Of a DNA stretch of 64,000 nt, positions 16,977 to 31,854 are shown one piece after another. The position numbers and the translations under genes were made by a program. Where the stretch lies: positions 1-64,000 of the forward strand of contig CAXHJY010000575.1 in assembly GCA_964016885.1 (NCBI GenBank), given 5' to 3'. The notes below the pieces were generated by a model. It had not been told where the DNA came from. It did no database searches and saw nothing but the letters and a program-made list of their open reading frames with translations. Source of the stretch: Eledone cirrhosa. Taxonomy: Eukaryota. Position 1 is the stretch's first letter; the number at the start of each line of letters is the position of its first letter.

Positions 16977-19900
16977 ATGGCACTGGAACAAGACAACACA
17001 ACTTCAAACTCCAATATAAATGAGGAAATCCTGAAAATCCTAAAAGAGATAAATGGAAAACTCACCATTCTGACAAAAAAAAACAGGATATACCCCCAAA
17101 CCACCACACCGACTGACAACCAAATTTATTTAAACTTTCAAAACGTATGCAACTCCATCGAAAAACTTATGAATACCAACACAGAACAAACGACATTGCT
17201 CCATATCAAAAACCAAATGGGACACCTCTGGAAAAAACATCTAAAAACCAGAAAATTCACTTTCTGAAATATGATAAAAAACCTCAACAAAGCTGGAATT
17301 TACCAAAAATGGATTAACTCAACACCGATAGTTTTACCACGTAAATTCCAAATAAAGCATATTACAAACGAACCTGAACCAGAAAGAAAACTCCGTGAAC
17401 AAATGTCACTCAACAGGATAAACATGGAAATAGAACTCCTAAAATTAAGGGCCACCTCAAACGAGCAAGAGTATAAGGATACTGATAAAAATATGGAGGA
17501 AGAATGCACTAAAAAGGCCGAGGGAACAACCCTACAAAATTTAATCAAATCGTGGAAACAGGACTGCGAGAATGCAGAAATTATTTCCCTTAAACGGTGG
17601 GAAAAATCCGAAAACTGGTTCCTCAAATATGAAGGAGACTTTAAAAGGACGCACCAAATAGGTAACCCCTTTTTTAAGCATTTGAACATAACAAGAACTA
17701 CAACAGACACATTTACACCACCAAACCCAACACACACTAACCACAGGCACATCCCCCACCAACACAAACCAAATACGGCTAACTACACCAAAAGAAACAC
17801 ACCCAACCACCACAACACAGGTTTCCGTAGAAATGCCCCCTACATAAACCAACGACGAAATAACATAGATCCAACTCACAACACACACACCACATTCCCC
17901 AGAAGAAATCCACCCAGACCACTTGAAATCACAACAGAACTTACCCACAACCACACCAGACATCACCCTCAATCCAACAAAAGACAACCCCCCAAACTCA
18001 ACACTCTGTACCACAGAAATAACGCACCCAGACCACATGAACCAACAACAGAACCCTTGCTCATCAACAACCACAACACATACCACCCCCACCATCACAT
18101 TCACCCTCATGAAACAACAAGCTACAGACCCACACGCAACAGACCAACAAAATATAATCACACACAAAACTACATTCCTTTTTTAGGGAAAAGCCTGAAA
18201 TACCAGGATACTCGATGCCCCCCCCCCCCCCCCCAGGAGAAACCAAAAATAATCAACCTCTCAAAGACACCTCTAACCAACACACAAATCAACATTTTAA
18301 GTAAGGGCCTGAAATTTACACCTACACCACGTAAACCAAACTTCCCCGAAATGAAGGATGACATCATGGAATACTGCCGAAAGCTGCGACTAACGGAATT
18401 CTTCCACAACGACACCAACACTGAAGTCGAATCACTGGTTAGAAATAAAAGCAATTTCTGCCCACAAAAGGGAAGAAATAAAGCACTGGACACGTACTGC
18501 GAACACATCACCAACTTTCCCTATGAAAAAATTACAAATAAACACACGAAATCAAACCTATCTACACACGAATGGGAAGAATTATTCACACTTAGAAACA
18601 ACCCTGAGATAACTATCAAAGAAGCCGATAAAGGCAGTACTGTTGTCATTATGAATACGGACTACTATAGGACCCTCGCACTTAACATTTTAGAAAACAA
18701 CACATACTATGAAAAAACAGAAAACTACAAACACACCAAAACAATGGGGAACCTTTTGACCTTACTGAATAAATACCGCAACAGCTTAACCACAAAAGAG
18801 TTTAACTATATAAGCCACTTCAAATGCAATACAAGCTCTTTTTACGGCTTACCGAAACTCCACAAATGTAAACCCATAAACGATGCATGTGACACCTCAA
18901 CCAACAATTACATTGAACTAACACCACCAGAAGACCTAAAACTCAGGCCAATTATAGCAGGCCCTACATGTGAAACCCACAGACTTAGCAACTTTCTGGA
19001 CATCCTACTGAAACCCTTTCTACAACATATACAGAGCTACATACGAGATGACCTTGACATGCTGAAACACCTCCCTAAAACAGTAAGTGCAAATACAATT
19101 CTTGTCTCCTTTGACGTAATAAACCTCTACACAAACATACCCCACAACTATGGAATAACAGCAGTCCAATACTGGCTTAACACACACCCATCAGAAATAC
19201 CGACACGCATCAACACAGATTTTATCACTGACGGACTCCACTTTATCCTACAAAATAACTACTTCACATTCAATGGTTCAACATATAGACAAGTATCAGG
19301 TACGGCAATGGGCACGAAAGTAGCACCCACATATGCCAACCTAGTCATGGGATTCCATGAACAACAAATATACAGTCAATCCCTTCTCTTATTTGGAGAC
19401 TCTTTCCACACACACCTCAAAGCCAATTGGAAAAGACATCTAGACGACTGCTTTATCCTATGGCAAGAAGACATGAACTCACTTACTACGTTTAAAAACA
19501 TGATAAACAACATAGATAATAACATACAATTCACAATGGAATCCAATCCTAAGGAATTAGCCTTCTTGGATATTCTCGTCTCTGTAATAGACGGGAAATT
19601 AGATACAGATATATTCTATAAACCCACAGATTCCAAGCAATACCTCTTTTTCACATCAAGTCACCCAAAACATACAAAATTTAACATTCCTTACAATTTG
19701 GCCAAACGTATATGTACCATAGTATCAGATCCACCTAAACGGGAGCAAAGACTAAAGGAACTAAAAGACACCCTTATCTTAAGAGCCTTTCCACTTGAAA
19801 TAATCAACAATGGAATAGACAGGGCAAAACACCTAAATCCCCATCAACTTAACAATCCAAAACAGAAAACCACACTCAACACCCTGCCATATGTATCCAC

Positions 19901-20498
19901 TTTCAACCCCAGAAATACCGAAATGTTTGATCACCTACACAAAAACCTCCCCATCCTACTTAAAGATGTAAAAATGAAGTCTATTCTTGAAACACACAAG
20001 ATCCTTAAAAGTAAAAGACAACCTAAATCACTTAAACGCATTCTCACTGGACCAAATATACCCAAACCAATCCTCAACCCTACAGTTACCAAATGTGGTA
20101 GAACAAACTGTGGAACGTGCCTCTACCTCACTGAAGGACAAACATTTACATTCAAAGATGGCCAAACATTTACAGTAAAAAACAATTTCACCTGCAACTC
20201 GGAGAACTTGATTTACGCAATAACTTGCGGTGGGTGCAAACACAACTACATAGGACAGACGGGCACCTCATTACGCAAAAGAATGACCATCCACCGCCAA
20301 CAAATCCGGGACGCTAACACAAGAAAAATCCCCTTGAGCAGCCATATTGCGAACTGCGCAGGAATGACACTACCCAACTTTAAAATCTTCCCCTTCTACA
20401 AGTGCTCAGATTCGTTCACACAGCAACAAAGAATAAACAAAGAAAATCTATTCCTTAACAAATTTAAACCAAAACTAAACGGGTTATCACCCCAATAG
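16977..20498 (+). pseudogene. PLE polyprotein: reverse transcriptase + GIY-YIG endonuclease, with one in-frame TGA at 17265-17267
   Basis: Motifs LSKGLKFTPTP, IKEADKGSTVVIM, FYGLPKLHK, LRPII, SFDVINLYTNIP, GTAMGTKVAPTYANL, RHLDD, FLDI, linker CGRTNCGTC, and NLIYAITCGGC..YIGQT..RMTIHR..H. ORFs 16977-17267 and 17271-20498 are in the same frame. Confidence 0.92.
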
Positions 20499-20852
20499 AA
20501 TTGTCATAAAATATAAACACACATACGCACGGAATCACTACTATTAAAGACCAGAGACCAATTCTGTAGAATCAGGTTTATTCGTTGACAGACCATGCCT
20601 TTATGTGACCAACACATCCATGTTAAACCCTGCACGTGCACACACATATATCTATATATATATATGCGCACACAGAATTCACCACTGTCGGTTGCGGGGC
20701 CCAATCTACATGAAGAACTCAATGTGATCAGAATGACTTGTATTTTAATTTCACTGTCCCAACTTCTTATATTATGGAAAAAATATATGTGTGTGTGTGT
20801 GTATGTTTGTATGTGTGTATGTATATATATGTGTGTGTGTATGTATGTGTGG

Positions 20853-20886
<34 letters not shown>

Positions 20887-21075
20887 GTGTATATATATAT
20901 GTGTGTGTGTGTGTATGTATGTGTGTATCTGGATGTACATATGTGTATGTATATATATGTGTGTGTGTGTATATATAAATATATATATATATATACATGT
21001 GTGTGTATGTGTATATATGTGTATATATATATGTGTGTGTGTATGTATATGTATGTGTGTGTGTATGTATGTGTG

Positions 21076-21116
<41 letters not shown>

Positions 21117-21485
21117 GTGGATGTATATGTATATGTATGTATGTGTGGATGAAGGTATGTGTGTATATATAGGTGTAAGTGCACTAAATCCCTTTCTATC
21201 ACGCTCCACTCTCCTACCCACCACAGGAAGATATATGTATGTATATTGCTTCCAACCCCTCACTGACCGGCAGCTGGCCAGTTGGCCATTGCTAAATCTG
21301 ACTTTTATAAAATAACCCACACCCCAAATAACTTCTCATTCACTACCAGAAAGGGACACAGCAGTCAACTTGTTGTTGCTACCTAGATGAAAACTACTAT
21401 GAAATCCCACAATGAATGTTATACTTGAATTTTCAACTCTCAAATTTTTAACTCTTCGTATTATTAATTTTTCTTAATATTAATC

Positions 21486-21533
21486 AACATTTGAAAAGAT
21501 GGCTTTTGCAGACCCATCGAAACCGGTCATTTT
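21486..21533 (+). ncRNA. Minimal hammerhead, U3-A8 core variant, in 3' pLTR
   Basis: Same motif as 16758-16805. Confidence 0.55.
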
Positions 21534-21665
21534 TTATACCCTTTATTATTTCCTTACCTTATAAAATTATATGTTTTTTCACAAAAAAGTATTCTGTCTC
21601 TTATATATTCCATGTGCCATTACCAACCTCAATTTTCTCTCTCTATATATATATATATAATATAT

Positions 21666-21699
<34 letters not shown>

Positions 21700-21779
21700 A
21701 TATATAATATATATATATAATATATATATATATTATATATATATATATATAATATATATATATATATATAATATATAAT

Positions 21780-21830
<51 letters not shown>

Positions 21831-21864
21831 ATATATATATATAATATATATATATAATAGATAT

Positions 21865-21896
<32 letters not shown>

Positions 21897-22994
21897 CATG
21901 GAAAGTTATATTTAAATTGTTGGGTTACAACTAGTAAATATTTATAACTGATATAAAAGCACTCGACAAGTATTTGGAGTATATTTACGATATTAAATAA
22001 ATGGAAACTATATTTATAAAACCATATTTATTTCATTATATATATTTCAGGGATATCATATCAGACAAAATACAATATAAACAGTTTTATAGATAAATAG
22101 ATTTGACATACCGTACAACATCGACTTGTATTTGAAAAGTTGAATTGGCAGTGAAAAAATTGTACACAGAGAGAAAGAAAGAGAGAAAAAGGAAAGAAAG
22201 ACAGAAAACGAAGAAAAAAGAAGAAAAAGAAGAAATGCATGGAACAAAATAGAGAGATGGAAAGATAGATAAAGAGAAGAACTTCATGTAAAGAAACAGA
22301 GAGATATATATATATAGAGAGAGCAAATAGAGATAGATATATATATAGAAAACTAGGTAGTGGGACATCCGTTGAGTAAACGTATCAATGATACATTTAT
22401 TTATTTATTTATTTATTTAGCTCTAGTATTAATGTAAGGGAGATATATGTGGTTAGGAGAGAAACCAGCTGTTATATAGAGAGAAAAATTAAAAATAACC
22501 AGACATAGGCGAGGCAAAAACCCTATGTTTTAATGTAGACGTATTAGTATGTATAAAAACCAGCCACTATATTGTAAATATCAGTATTCCTGAATGAGAC
22601 ATGTATCCATAATGTGTGAAAAGTAATGATCTTATGTTTAGTTTTTTTTTTTAAATTCATGTTTATGTGATAACTACAAACATCTATGTGAATTTACATG
22701 ATCAACTCTGCAAACCCTAAGTTCACGGAAAACATTCTCATTGTGCTATAAAAATTTAAGTATACATATATGTGTATATATATACACACATATATATATA
22801 GAGTCTATATTACTACTATTCTTGTCTTTACTCTACAAGATTATCTATCAAGCAGAAATAGAGAGCAGATTTCAATATATTAATAAAAACATATATATCA
22901 GAAACAAAAACCAAAAAAATAACAATAATAATAATAATAATAATAAATAATAATAAAATAGAAAAATAAAATAGAAAATAGAAAATAGAAAAAT

Positions 22995-23174
22995 AAAATA
23001 GTCTCAAGAGGGATTCCTTTTAATTCATCCTCTGAGACATGTGACCTCTGCGCAGAGGACATATTCTTTATACTAAAATCTAAAAATTCCCTTAATCTAC
23101 GGACAAATTTATTCAGTTGCTGCAAACATAGATTAAACTCAACTTTTAAATATAAATTTAAATTTAAAATGTAG
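22995..23174 (+). pseudogene. C-terminal fragment of Naiad-like GIY-YIG domain (family C)
   Basis: Manual translation KIVSRGIPFNSSSETCDLCAEDIFFILKSKNSLNLRTNLFSCCKHRLNSTFKYKFKFKM*. Confidence 0.75.
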
Positions 23175-24514
23175 TATATTTAGTTTGATTTATAATTATA
23201 TGGGAAACTAGCCGATAAGTCTTTCGATTTCTTCTTTTTATTCTTTTTATTTTTATTTTTATTTAAACATTCTTCATGAAAAATTAAGCTACCCTAAAAG
23301 TTGATGCTCCAAATATTTCGAATAAACGTTACACTAGATAAACTTCTATATTAAATATAAGAACACATGTAGACCAAATGGGCATCCTAAACTTTTTGAA
23401 ATGATTTTTGCTAGATGCGATTTGATAAATAATTTTTAGCTTTATCTGTTTTTCGACTCTGATGCTTATAATGAAATTGGCAATATATTGTCAATTAATT
23501 TTGAAGGGTTGATCTTTGTGGTTTATTTTTATTATTGTAGTATTTTCTAATATTTTTATTTTTAATATGTAATATTTTTAATATGTAATACTCTTTCGTA
23601 ATATTTTTTAGTTTTCTCTTTTATTATTATTTATTATTTATTATTATTATTATTATTGTTATTTTTTTGGTTTTTGTTTCTGATATATATTTTTTTATTA
23701 ATATATTGAAATCTGCTCTCTATTTCTGCTTGATAGATAATCTTGTAGAGTAAAGACAAGAATAGTAGTAATATAGACTCTATATATATATGTGTGTATA
23801 TATATACACATATATGTATACTTAAATTTTTATAGCACAATGAGAATGTTTTCCGTGAACTTAGGGTTTGCAGAGTTGATCATGTAAATTCACATAGATG
23901 TTTGTAGTTATCACATAAACATATGAATTTTTTTAAAAAAACTAAACATAAGATCATTACTTTTCACACATTATGGATACATGTCTCATTCAGGAATACT
24001 GATATTTACAATATAGTGGCTGGTTTTTATACATACTAATACCTCTACATTAAAACATGGTTTTTGCCTCGCCTATGTCTGGTTATTTTTAATTTTTCTC
24101 TCTATATAACAGCTGGTTTCTCTCCTAACCACATATATCTCCCTTACATTAATACTAGAGCTAAATAAATAAATAAATAAATAAATGTATCATTGATACG
24201 TTTACTCAACGGATGTCCCACTACCTAGTTTTCTATATATATATCTATCTCTATTTCCTCTCTCTCTATATATATATATATATATCTCTGTTTCTTTACA
24301 TGAAGTTCTTCTCTTTATCTATCTTTCCATCTCTCTATTTTCTTCCATGCATTTCTTCTTTTTCTTCTTTTTTCTTCGTTTTCCGTCTTTCTTTCCTTTT
24401 TCTCTCTTTCTTTCTCTCTGTGTACAATTTTTTCACTGCCAATTCAACTTTTCAAATACAAGTCGATGTTGTACGGTATGTCAAATCTATTTATCTATAA
24501 AACTGTTTATATTG

Positions 24515-24580
24515 TATTTTGTCTGAGGAAGGCATAGCATATTGTTAATATGATATCCCTGAAATATATATAATGAAATA
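24515..24580 (+). ncRNA. Type I hammerhead ribozyme (family C)
   Basis: Stem I TATTTTGT/ATGAAATA; core CTGAGGA 24523-24529; stem II AGG..CATATT/AATATG..CCT; GAAA 24561; stem III ATATATAT; cleavage after AUA at 24572. The antisense arm copy (~22030-22073) has an internal deletion. Confidence 0.7.
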
Positions 24581-24620
24581 AATATGGTTTTATAAATATA
24601 GTTTCCATTTATTTAATATC

Positions 24621-24680
<60 letters not shown>

Positions 24681-24807
24681 TATATATAATATATATATAT
24701 ATATATAATATATATATATATATAATATATATATATAATATATATATATAATATATATATATATAATATATATAGATATATATATATAATATATATATAT
24801 ATATATA

Positions 24808-27280
24808 GTAAAGCCAGAGTCCTGGTGTTTCTCCAGTGCAAGGCGCATACAATAGTCCACTACGATGATAAAAAGGTAGGGATCCAATGTATCTCCCTGG
24901 AGCACTCCAGCCAGTATCTCAAAGAACTCTGTCATCCCATCAGGTGTAATGACTTGGGCTTTGGTGTTGGTGTAGAGCAGTGATATCAGGTCCACTATCC
25001 TCTTGGGGATTCTATAAGCCTGTAAGATCTTCATCAGGCAGTAACGGTCCACAGAATCAAAGGCCTTCCTAAAGTCAATGAAAACCATGACCGCAGGAAG
25101 GCACTTTGCTCTAACTCCCTCTAATATCCTCCTCAGCATCAGGATGTGACTGGTGGTTGATCTACCCTCTCTGAAGCCGTTCTGGTTATCTCTGAGCTTC
25201 TTCTCCATCTCAGGCTGGATCCTGTTAAGAATCATCCTGTTACGTCAGTGAGATCACCCGGTAGTTGTTGGTGTTAGAGAGATCTCCCTTCTTTGGCACT
25301 GGGACGATGTTACTGATCCTCCACTGATTCGGGGCAACTCCTTTCTCCAGTGCCCCGTTACAGAACCCCAGGATGATATCATCAAAATCACACCTCTTCA
25401 TCACCTCTGATGCCACTCCATCTTCTCCATGAGCCTTGCCCTCCTTGATCTTCTTCTTGGCTCTCTGAAGCTCCTCTCTGGTGACGGGCTCTGTCTCAAC
25501 ATCCAGTTCCTCAAACAGCCGCCTGATCTCCCCAGTGCTCTGGGCTGTGGAGGGTGGCTCTCCTAGTAGGGTCCTAAAATGGTCTAGCCATTTCCTCTTC
25601 CTATCCTCGGGCCCCGTTCCCTGTATCTGACTCGAACACCTTTTCTTCCTCCCTGTGATCTCGTTGATGATCATCCAGCTCTCCTTACATCCAGATCTGT
25701 CAACCGCTCTCTCCACACTTCTGATCTTCTCTATCAGTGCCTCCTCTCTGACCTCAGTGTAAGCAGTACAGAGCTCTTCCCTCATCACCTCCACAGTCTC
25801 CATCCTCTCCTCCGTAGGATCAGCATAGAATTGGTCCCTGGCAGCTTTCAGGTGTTCTCTGGCTGCACACACTTTTGGGTTTGCAGAGCTGACGTGCTTC
25901 CCTTTGTTCTTTTTCCTCGGCACCAGGGTTTCACTTGCTTTCGCCACTGCATTGGTGAAGTGCCCGTACCTCCTCGTCACACTCTCCTCAGTCCATCCAA
26001 TCTCTCTCTCCTCTGACTCTCCACACAGAGCACTAAACCTGTTTCTCACTTCCACTGTGAACCTCTCCTGTAGCTTATCATCTTCCTTGAAAGCTCCCCA
26101 GTCATAGATTGTTCTCCGGGGCTGAGCCTTGCTCTTTCTTAAGCTCACGCGGACCTCACTCATAACAAGCCGGTGGTCACTACCCAGTGTACTGAAATAG
26201 CTGTATGGTTCCATGTTCAGAACACTATTCAGCCACTTTTTCCTCACCAGAATGAAATCAATCTGGGACTTGGACAGGTGCATATCTGAGATGTAGGTCC
26301 ACATCTTCCCCACATTCTTCCTAAACCTTAGGTTGGTCGCCATCAAGTTCGCCTCCAGCAGGGTGTCTCTCAGTAGTCTTCCATTTCGGTTGGTGTTGTT
26401 ATGGAAGTACCAGCAAGGATCTTCACTGCCCTCCTTACTCAGATGTGCATTGAAGTCCCCCAAAACAAGCAGGATATTGTGTGCCTGAGTGGTGTTGACA
26501 GCTCTACACACCTCCTCATGGAACTCCTCGGCATTCACATCACTGTCCCCCTCGGTTGGACTATAGGCTGAGATGACTGTCAGTCTTGGGTTTCCATTGA
26601 AGGTCACCCTCAACACTCGCGGGGAGATAGGCATTATTTCCCTCACCAACAGATTGGTTTTTGCACTGAACACAAAACCCACTCCTCCTACTGCAGCATT
26701 TGTTGTGTTCTTCACTGCCGATGTGGTGATGAGCTGGCTCTTCCTCCCGATCATCACACTCCTCACGGGCTCATCGTGTAGAATCCTGTGTTCTTGGATC
26801 GCAAGTATCTGTATACCACTCTCCTCGAACAGATGTCCCAACTCCTCTCTCTTCTCCAGCGTTCAAATAGTCCTCACATTCAAAGTGCCCATTTTGATGG
26901 CTCTTCTGCAGGACAAAACCGCATTCTTTATATTTGTCTCAGAGACAGCTGATCCATCATCCACTGGCCCTCTCTGTGGCTCTAAGCCAGCAGAGTCATA
27001 ACGACCAGGCTGCTCCTTGACAGTGTAATTAGGGGCTCTAACCCTAGTGCTGTTAGATCGACTCTCCATATTTCTTTTCAAAGGCTGACAATACCTTACC
27101 GGCGCTATTCGAATAAGGTAGTTATTTAACCCATAAATGGAGCCCTATCAGGTACTACCACCCCGGGCCAGGGCAGACCTGGGAGTCATGACAACTAAGG
27201 GGTAACTCCACATTCCCCACATCTCCTGAACTCCCGAACTGGAGCCTTGCCACTGGATGTAGTTTAATGTCATACCCAGG
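24808..27280 (-). mobile_element. RTE-clade LINE, 5' portion (5' UTR, APE endonuclease, N-terminal RT), inverted
   Basis: APE motifs MGTLNVRT, LAIQEHR, SAYSPT, LGDFNAH, QIDFIL, SDHRLV; RT motifs VPVPKKGDL..NYR.ISL, QNGFREGRST, FIDFRKAFDSV, GVLQGDTLDPYLF. In-frame TGA at 26863 and a frameshift near 25240. Confidence 0.93.
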
Positions 27281-28066
27281 GGCGAAAAAGGTATCGGATG
27301 CTGAATTTGCAGACAACATAGTTTTGGTGACAAATACAGTGAAGGAGGCAGAGGATTTGATGCGGGAGGTTGAGACTGTGTCGATGAGTGTGGGGCTGAG
27401 AATGAATGAGTCTAAAACAAAATATCTGGTAGAGAATGTTGAGAAGCCAGAGGGGATCACTAAAGTAGGCGGGAGGCCACTGGAATTGGTTGAGGACTTC
27501 CTGTATTTGGGAGCAAAGATTGGGAATACGGAAGATGATGTGGTTGAGAGGAAGAGCAAAAGCCTGGGCGGCGTGTCACAGCTTGAGATCGGTGTGGAAG
27601 TCGGACCTTCGTAGAGACCTGAAAATCGCCTCTTCATTGCTGTAGTGGAGTCTATACTGCTGTATGGGTCTGAGACTTGGACACTGACCAAGAGACTCAC
27701 TCAGATGGTGGATGGGTGCTACACGAGAATGCTGAGGATGGCTCTGAACATTAATCAGTATACACTGAGGATGAAAAACTCAGAGCTGTATGGGAGCATC
27801 CCAAAAGTCAGCTCAAAAGTGACACAGAGGAGACTGAGGTTGGCTGGACATGCTCACCGACATCCAGAGTATGACATTGCACTCAGTGCTCCTTTGGGAG
27901 CCCCTACATGGGACACACTAGAAGAGGAAGACCAAGGTTAACATATGTTGATGCCCTAAGGACAGACACTGGTCTGTTGGAGATGCAGGATATGGCAGCG
28001 ATAATGAGGGACAGAGACCGCTGGAGGGAACTCGTCCATGGATCTCGGGAATTTTACCCGCCTTAG
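27281..28066 (+). mobile_element. RTE-clade LINE, 3' portion of the same element
   Basis: AEFADNIVL (YADD site decayed), GLRMNESKTK, FLYLG, ESILLYGSETWTL, RRLRLAGH. Frameshifted. Ends in TAG followed by (AT)n. Confidence 0.92.
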
Positions 28067-28704
<638 letters not shown>

Positions 28705-29164
28705 ATGGAAAGTTATATTTAAATTGTTGGGTTACTACTAGTAAATATTTATAACTGATATAAAAGCACTCGACAAGTATTTGGAGTATATTTACAATAT
28801 TAAATAAATGGAAACTATATTATAAACCATATTTATTTCATTATATATATTTCAGGGATATCATATTAACAATATGCTATGCCTTCCTCAGACAAAATAC
28901 AATATAAACAGTTTTATAGATAAATAGATTCGATATACCGTAACAACATCGACTTGTATTTTGAAAAGGTTGATTTGGCAGATCAACCTTTTCAAATACA
29001 AGTCACGATGTTGTTACGGTATGTCGAATCTATTTATCTATAAAACTGGTTTATATTCTATTTTGTCTGAGGAAGGCATAGCATATTGTAATATGATATC
29101 CCTGAAATATATATAATGAAATAAATATGGTTTTATAAATATAGTTTCCATTTATTTAATATTG

Positions 29165-29165
<1 letters not shown>
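28705..29165. mobile_element. Short family C pLTR palindrome with two hammerheads
   Basis: Arms ~28793-28973 and ~28982-29165. HHR at 28834-28899 (-) and 29059-29123 (+). Tail 28705-28792 equals 21898-21985. Confidence 0.85.
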
Positions 29166-29202
<37 letters not shown>

Positions 29203-29238
29203 TATATAATATATATATATTATATATAATATATATAA

Positions 29239-29298
<60 letters not shown>

Positions 29299-29421
29299 TA
29301 AATATATATATATATATAATATATATATATATAATATATATATATATAATATATATATATATATAATATATATATATATAATATATATATATATAATATA
29401 TATATATAATATATATATATG

Positions 29422-29463
<42 letters not shown>

Positions 29464-29464
29464 T

Positions 29465-29545
<81 letters not shown>

Positions 29546-29640
29546 ATATATATATAATATATATAATATATATATATATATAATATATATATATATATGT
29601 AATATAATATATATATATATATAATATAATATATATATAT

Positions 29641-30248
29641 TCGTATGCATATATATATATTCATATGCATACTAGTATTTCAGTATACATATGTGGATGT
29701 ACATTTTTAACTTAATTGTTTAAGCGTCAGTCATACAAAAGTGAGTTACAAACGAAGCGAAATTTAATTTCGTTTCGTTATTTGTTTTTATCGTCTCCGT
29801 TGAACCGGTACGTACTCACGCTCTATGCAAATTAGTCTGCCCACTACTAATTTTCATAGAAAAAGCATATAACGATATGTGCTTTTACGATTCTCTAGAA
29901 AGGCCGGAAGATAGGTAAATATTGCTGATGAGTTGTAACAACAACGAAACTAGTTCAATATTCCTTGTCTGGCTTTCTGGAGAATAGAGGAAAGGTGTTT
30001 CCTCAAAAACCAGTATGACTCTAAAAACCGGTTTGTCTGTGTGTTTACATACAGAATAGCTGGACACTCACAGTAAAGTGACCAGTGAAAAACTCGGTAC
30101 ATCTACATATGTATACGTGTGTGTATTCATATGCATACTAGTATTTCAGTATACATATGTGGATGTACATTTTTAACTTAATTGTTTAAGCGTCAGTCAT
30201 ACAAAAGTGAGTTACAAACGAAACGAAATTTAATTTCGTTTCGTTATT

Positions 30249-30256
<8 letters not shown>
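29641..30256 (+). mobile_element. Solo ~1.3-unit copy of the 463-bp hammerhead repeat (retrozyme-like), flanked by (TA)n
   Basis: Homologous to the array unit at 40789-60017. About 130 bp of terminal redundancy (29660-29790 repeated at 30126-30256). Confidence 0.9.
29918..29962 (+). ncRNA. Minimal type I hammerhead ribozyme
   Basis: AATATTG-CTGATGA-GTTGT AACA ACAAC-GAAA-CTAG-TT-CAATATT, with a GUU cleavage triplet. Confidence 0.85.

Positions 30257-31854
<1,598 letters not shown>

Larger units (their letters stand above)
15682..21640 (+). mobile_element. Near-complete Penelope-like retroelement, Neptune-like, pLTR-ORF-pLTR
   Basis: Direct repeats 15682-16911 and 20612-21640 flank an RT + GIY-YIG ORF. 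The 3' end abuts (TA)n. Confidence 0.93.
21898..24623 (+). mobile_element. 5'-truncated Naiad-like PLE (family C) with inverted pLTR
   Basis: Inverted arms ~21986-22950 and ~23630-24623. The spacer contains the ORF end and 3' UTR. (TA)n on both sides. Confidence 0.85.

Noticed and set aside
17265-17267. In-frame TGA as selenocysteine or programmed readthrough
   Set aside because: It lies in the N-terminal region (RKFTF*NM), not at a conserved Cys. A TGG>TGA nonsense change is simpler and I identified no SECIS.
17300-18514. Antisense ORFs overlapping the PLE ORF
   Set aside because: These are shadow frames of an A/C-rich coding strand and show no motifs.
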